A stretch of 64,000 nt of DNA, taken from NCBI GenBank assembly GCA_013265495.1, contig MU058037.1, positions 1,303,498 to 1,367,497 on the forward strand, written 5' to 3'. The stretch's first letter is position 1, and every line of letters begins with the position of its first letter. The notes below the pieces were generated by a model, which was not told where the DNA came from, did not search any database, and was given only the letters and a program-made list of their open reading frames with translations. The stretch is from Vicugna vicugna. Its lineage: Eukaryota. Below are positions 58,040 to 64,000 of this stretch, in pieces. A program made the translations under genes and the position numbers.

Positions 58040-61000
58040 TACTTTTTATTGAGGTTTTCCTTACATATGGTAAAGTGCTCTAATCTTACATGTACAGCTT
58101 GATGAATCTTCACACAAGTATACACCCATGTAGACACCACTCAGAGTAAGACACAGATCATATTCACAGTTCCAGGAGGTTTCTTCATGCCTTTTGCCAG
58201 TCGATACCCATACCACTCTTCTGAGATAATCAGTACTCTGACCTCTATCACCTCTATCAGTCGGTTTTGTCAGTTCTTGAGTTTTACACAAATAGAATCA
58301 TATGATTCCTTCATGTGATTGTGTGTAGCAGGAGTCAGTTCTTTTCAAGGCTGTCTCATTTCCACTGTATGAGCAGACCTCAATTTAGTCGTCCATTTCA
58401 ATGGTCATGGATATTTGAGTTGTTTCTAGGTTGATGGATATTATAAATAAAAGTACTCTGAGCGTTCTTTTGTCGTTTGGTGGACATACACTGTCACTTG
58501 AGTATATACCAAGGAATTGAGCTGTCAAATCAAAAGGGGTGTGTGTGTGTGTGTGTGTTTACCTTTTGGCTACACACACACACACACACATTTAGCTTCA
58601 GTAGGTATGGCCAAACTGTTTTCCTAAGTGCTTATGTCAATTTAGACTCCTGTCAGCAGTGTATGAAAGTTACAGTTACTCAACATTCTTGATGTGGTTC
58701 AGTCTGACCATTTAAAAAAACCTTTTTATTTTGAAATAATGATCGATTGAAGGAAACACAATCAAGATACAGAACTGTTCCATCACCACAAAGATTTCCC
58801 CCAAGCTACCCCTTTATAGTTCCAGCCAGCACTCTCTCCACACCACTTCTGACTGTTGGCAATCACTAGTTTGCTCCCTGTCTCTCTACTTTGGTCATTT
58901 TGAGAGTGTACATAGATGGAATCACAAGGTCTGTGACCCTTTGAGATTGCCTTTTTCACTCAGCAGAGTGTTCTTGAGATTCACCCAGGTTATGTGTGTA
59001 TCAATAGTTCGTTCCTTTTTATTGCTGAGTAGGATTCCATGGTGTGGATGTAGCAGTTCATTTAATGATTCAGTTATAATATTTTGGTTATTTCTAGTTT
59101 TGGACTATTATAAATGAAGCTGCTATGAAAAATCATGTACAGGTTTTCATGTGGTAGTAAGTTTTCATTTCTTTATGATAAATGCCCAGGAGTGAGACTG
59201 CTGGGTCATAAGGTAAGTGTATGTTTAGTCTTTAAAAAACTGTGAAACTGTTTTGTAAGGTGGCTGTACCATCTTACACTCCCACCAGCAATGTACCAGA
59301 GATCCAGTTACTCTACATTCTCGAAAGAAGTTGTCACTTTTTTTTTGTTTTGTTTGTTCTCTGTGTTTTTTACCCCTGTCTTCCTATGGGTGACTCGAAC
59401 ATTCTTTAGAATTCCATTTTGATTTCTTTACATTTGATTAATTTGTGTCTATTTGATTTGTTGCTTCTGAATGTATCTCCCTGAATAAGTTTTTAAATGG
59501 TTGCTCTAATTACTATATTACCTACACATAACTTACCACCATCAACTAGCTTCAGCATTCGACCAGTCTGAAGTGTAGAAATCTTACTTCCCTTTATGTT
59601 CCCTTATCATCTCCCACTGATAATTTTCTTAACTATTTCCTCTACATACACTGAGAACTACTCCAGACAGTATCATAATTTTTGCTTTCAACTGGCAAAC
59701 ATAATCTAGAAAACTCAAGAAGAAAAGGAAGGTCTATTGTATGTACCCATACTTTTATTTTTTCCATTATTCTTTTCCTCTCTGATGTTTTAAGATTTCC
59801 TTCTTTTATCATTTCCTTTCTGTTTAGAGAATTTCTTTTAGTCATTATTTTAGCATGGGTCTGCTATTGATATATGCCCTTATTTTTTCCTTCATCTGAG
59901 AAGGTCTTTATTACCTTTTTTATTCTTGAAGGTTATTTTTACTGGCTGTAGAATTCTGGGTTGGCAGCTCGTCTCTTTTTTCTTTAGTGTTTGAGAAATT
60001 TTGTGCCACTTCCTTCTGGACTCCCTAGTTTCTTATGAGGAATCTGCTGTCATTCAAACTGTTTTCTGTTATAGATAATGTGTCATTTCTCTCTCACTGA
60101 TTTGAAGATTTTTCCTTTGCCTTTTATTTTCAGAAGTTTGACTATGGGATGTACCTTTGTGTGCAATTCCTTAAGTTTGTCCCATTTGGGGTTTTCTCAG
60201 CTTCTTGAATCTGTTTGTGCTGCTTGCCAAATTTGGAAAAGTTTTAGCCATTATTTCTTTAAGTACTTTTTAAGCTCGACCCTCTTTCTCCTCTCATTTT
60301 GGGACTCTGATGACACAGATGTTAAGATCATTTGTTATAGTCCCACAGGTCTCTGAGGTTCTGTTCATTTTTTTTTCCAGTCTACTTTCCCTCCGTTGTT
60401 CTGATTGGGTAATTTTTATTGTTCTATCTTAGGTTCACCAATTCTCTTGTCCATCCTCTATATTCTGCTGTTGAGCTCATTTATTTAATTTTTGATTTCA
60501 GTTATTGTATTTTCACTTGTAAAATTTCCACTTGATTCTTCTTTACATCTTCTATTACTTTGGTGAGACCTTCTAATTTTTCATTCATTTCAAGTGTGTT
60601 TGTAATTGCTTAGTGAAGCATTTTTATGGTGGCTGCTTTAAAATCTTTGTCAGATAATTCTAACATCTGTGTCATCCCAGTGATGGTGTCTGTTGATTGT
60701 CTTTTCTCATTCAAGTTGAGATTTTCTGGTTCTTGGTGTAATGAGTTATTTTTGGTTGAAACTCAAGACATATTTGGTATTATGTTATGAGACCCTGGAT
60801 CTCATGTAAAGCTTCTGTTTTAACTGAACTCTTTTGACATCACTTCGTCAGGAAGGAGGGGTATGTGTGCTTTCTTGTTACTGCTAGGTAGGGGCAGAAA
60901 TCCAGGTTCTCCATTGGTCTCCATTGACACCTGGGTGGGGAGGACTCCTCATTATTGCAGGGTTGAGGTGGGAGTTCAGGTTCCTTCCCTACTGGGCCTC

Positions 61001-61790
61001 TGCCAATAGCACCCTGGCTGGGAGGAATAGGGGTGCTTCTTTCCTGCTCCCCACATAGCTTCCATGGACACCATGGGTGGGAGGCCTTATTACCAGTGGG
61101 TGGAAAGTCCTGACTCTGTGCTAGGCCTCCTCTGACCCCACTCCAGTGTGAAGGATGGGGGTGCCTCCTCCTTGTCAGGTGGGAATGAAGTCCAGCTTCC
61201 CCACATGGTCTCCACTGACACCAGGAGGTGGGTGAGCCTTGTTACTGCCTGATGGAGATGAAGGTCCCGGCTTGTCACTTGGCCTTCTCTCATAACACCC
61301 TGTTGGGGGACTTTCAGTGCCTTGTTAACAGTCTGCAAAGTGTGGAAAAATGGGTTTCCCATACTTTCTTTTGCTGCTGAAGATGGTGGTGGCGGCTGCA
61401 GTGTTTTCTATGGTGCTTACCTGGAGAAGAGTGGTTACTGCCGTTTTCTGTCTTTCAAGGCTGTCTCTTTCATGGTCCTTTGGATAGAAAGGGCAGGCTT
61501 TTCTTGGAGCTTTTTTTTGGTCTGTGCCCATTGGGGTTTCCAGTTTGCCAGTTTCTCCAGTACCCAAACTGGTATATTTGGGGCAAAAACAAAAAGTAAA
61601 AAACCCAAGAACTCACCACCATGTTTTTCTTCAGGCCCCAAGGTCTTCAGCTTGTCTGCCTTCTTGTCTCTACTTTCCTGAGTCTTCCTATATTTGTTTT
61701 ACATATAATGTTTAGGGGTTTTTAGCTGTACTTAGAAGGTGAAACAGGGGAACGTAACATCTACTTCACCGTTCTGAAAGCAGAAGTCCT
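58040..61790 (-). mobile_element. Cluster of old antisense L1 (L1MC/MD-like) fragments
   Basis: Typical antisense L1 3'UTR phrases (ttgatgaat..., attccatggtgtggatg, gctgggtcata, tagaattctgggttg). Confidence 0.7.
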
Positions 61791-64000
61791 TTCTGAACAG
61801 TGGCTCTTAAATGCTGTTTCATGGGGTCACGGGGTTCTGGGGTGTTACCTCAGGGGCTTCCATGGTGAGGGGAGGGGGTGGCAGAGGCGGATGTGGAGTG
61901 GGAACTCCCTCACCTATGATTTAATAGAGCAGCTTCACTTTTGTTGATTTTATATATTTGGGTTCTAGTGAAAATCTCAGGGACAAAAGGGTTCTGCTGC
62001 TTAAAAGAAGTTGGAAACTATTACCATAAACTATTGAAATGTCCTTAAATTCCAACATTTTGGTTTCCAAGTTATGTCTCTCTCACTGTCTTTCACACCT
62101 GAAAGAAGTGCAAAAATCTTTTGTCAAAGCCATGTGTCTATGTTTTTAATTTGGGCAACATGGTAGCCATAACCATATGCCATGAAAGCAAAGTGTCTAG
62201 GAAAGTCCCAGATATTTGCACACCTAACATAGATGTTCCATTTTGCTGTGTGTGTGTTTTTTTTTTCCAGCTAGTGGGATAGGGGGAGGATTCAGCCTCT
62301 GGGGTCTAAATGTCTAGATCTGAGTCTTAACTAATTTCTAGCTGTGTGATCTTATACAAGTGATAACTTCTCAGAGCATTCCTGTCCTCATCTGAAAACA
62401 GGGATAATAAGGTCTAATTTATACAATAACTTGTTAAATGCTAATGGGCCATATACAAGATACTCATTGAAAGAGCTGACTTCTGCAGTGCTGTCCAGTT
62501 CACCATCCATTAGCCACATGTAGCTATTGAGCATTTGAAGTATGACTACTGTCATTACGGAACTGAATTTTATTTTATTTGAATTAAAATTTAAAAACTG
62601 ATACTTAATTCAGTTATTGGTAAACTTTATAGTATATCTGGAAAAATTTGGGTATGAGAATTTGGAACACCTTTGAGTATGGAACAGCTATAAATGTTAT
62701 GAAATCCAAAGAGAGGTCAAGTATTTCTGATGAAAATTTAGTGTCTGAATTATGATGTGCTCTGACTATAAAACACACTGGATTTGGAAGACATTATGAA
62801 AAAGAGAATGTAAAATTACAATACTTTTTAATATTTACTACATGTTGAAGTAAAAATATTTTATTGGATTAAATATATTATTAAAATTAATTTCACTCAG
62901 TTCTTTTTATTTTTTAATGTGAATACTAAGGAATTTAAAATTACAAAAATGGTTTACATCATATTTCTATTAATCATCTACATGTGAAGTAGGTAAATTA
63001 TATCACATACTTTTAACTTTGGTGAGACCGACTCCTTTAGATAATTTTATCTGCTTAAGCTATTATAATATATTTTTCTTAAACAATTGAGCATTTATAG
63101 AATACGTAGAATTTTGGCCTAAAAGTTAGCTGACAGAGGTTATGAGAGCTCTTTTCACTATCGGTGGGAATGCAAGTTGATGTAATCCTCACCAGATGAT
63201 CATTCATTTATTTATTCATTTATTCAAGAAGTAGTTTTTGAGTTTCTACTTTGTTTCAGATGCTATACTGTATCTGCAGACACAGAGGTAAGCAGGTATG
63301 AGATGCCTGCCCTTGTAGACATTATTGGCTATAGGGAACAGCTGTGTCAAGTGTGCAACTATCTGGGACTTTACTGAACATTTTGCTTTCATGGCATGTG
63401 GCTATGGCTACCATGTTTCCCAAAGTAAAATATGTTCTTGACAAAAAGGCTTTTACATTTCTTTCAGACACAAAGAAAGTGAGGGAGATGGAGATTGGAA
63501 GCCAAAATATTAGAACTATTTGAAAAGTCAATCATTTGAAAAAAATAATTACAAGAATGATCATTTAGTGATACTTGTGGTAGGTTCTACAAAGTAAAAA
63601 ATGCCCTTTATGAAACTCTTTTAAAATAAACATGTCATTTGTACAGAAACTCCCCTCAGGAATTTATCCTTGAGAAATAAATAATCATGGTTGTGCCCAG
63701 ATGTATGTACAAGAATGTTCCCTGAAGTGTGAAAATAGCAAAAATATCTAGAAACAACCCAATGGTCAACCATTTGAGATTGACTATCTAAATTAACCAT
63801 TTGATGGAATATTATGCAGCCACTAAAAATCATATTGAGAAAGACATTGAATGACTTTAAAATGTGATCCCCAAAACAGTACATATACTATGATTCTGAG
63901 TAAGTAAAACATACAAATGCATTTAAAAAGTACAGGAGTGAATTTCACCAATATGTTAATAGTGTTTATTTCTCTGGCAGGGCTATGAGTGATTTTTCTT

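Noticed and set aside
40000..64000. Many 60-180 aa ORFs (e.g. 41612-42091, 51083-51631) and a possible neighbouring SMPX gene
   Set aside because: No recognisable protein similarity or consistent exon structure, and many overlap repeats; I could not identify any SMPX exon in this window

Overview
Mammalian genomic DNA: AT-rich, with spliceosomal introns and LINE/SINE/LTR/DNA-transposon remnants. The tRNA-derived SINEs resemble the camelid Vic-1 family, so the source is probably a camelid (inference). The window holds the complete coding region of MBTPS2 (site-2 protease) on the minus strand. Its 11 GT-AG exons (31429->179) join in frame to 1569 nt / 522 aa, with the HEIGH and LDG catalytic motifs and a 29-Ser tract. 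Intron 5 carries the intronless YY1-derived retrogene YY2 (387 aa, intact, with its own CpG-rich upstream region). Intron 2 carries a decayed GCSH processed pseudogene, and an RPL26 processed pseudogene lies about 3 kb upstream of the CpG-island promoter. From about 35 kb onward the sequence is repeat-rich intergenic DNA with no credible gene. This is the known eutherian X-linked MBTPS2/YY2 locus, and I found no convincing new biological system. The most notable oddities are: (1) a near-perfect ~840-bp tandem duplication in intron 10; (2) a YY2 N-terminal 15-bp repeat expansion; (3) an NRF1/ETS-like repeat upstream of YY2; (4) a candidate in-frame splice acceptor linking MBTPS2 exon 5 to the YY2 frame, blocked by a TGA four codons before the ATG; (5) a 64-bp local duplication flanking exon 2; (6) a ~190-bp inverted repeat pair near 62-63.5 kb. 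Repeat family names and boundaries are by eye and approximate.
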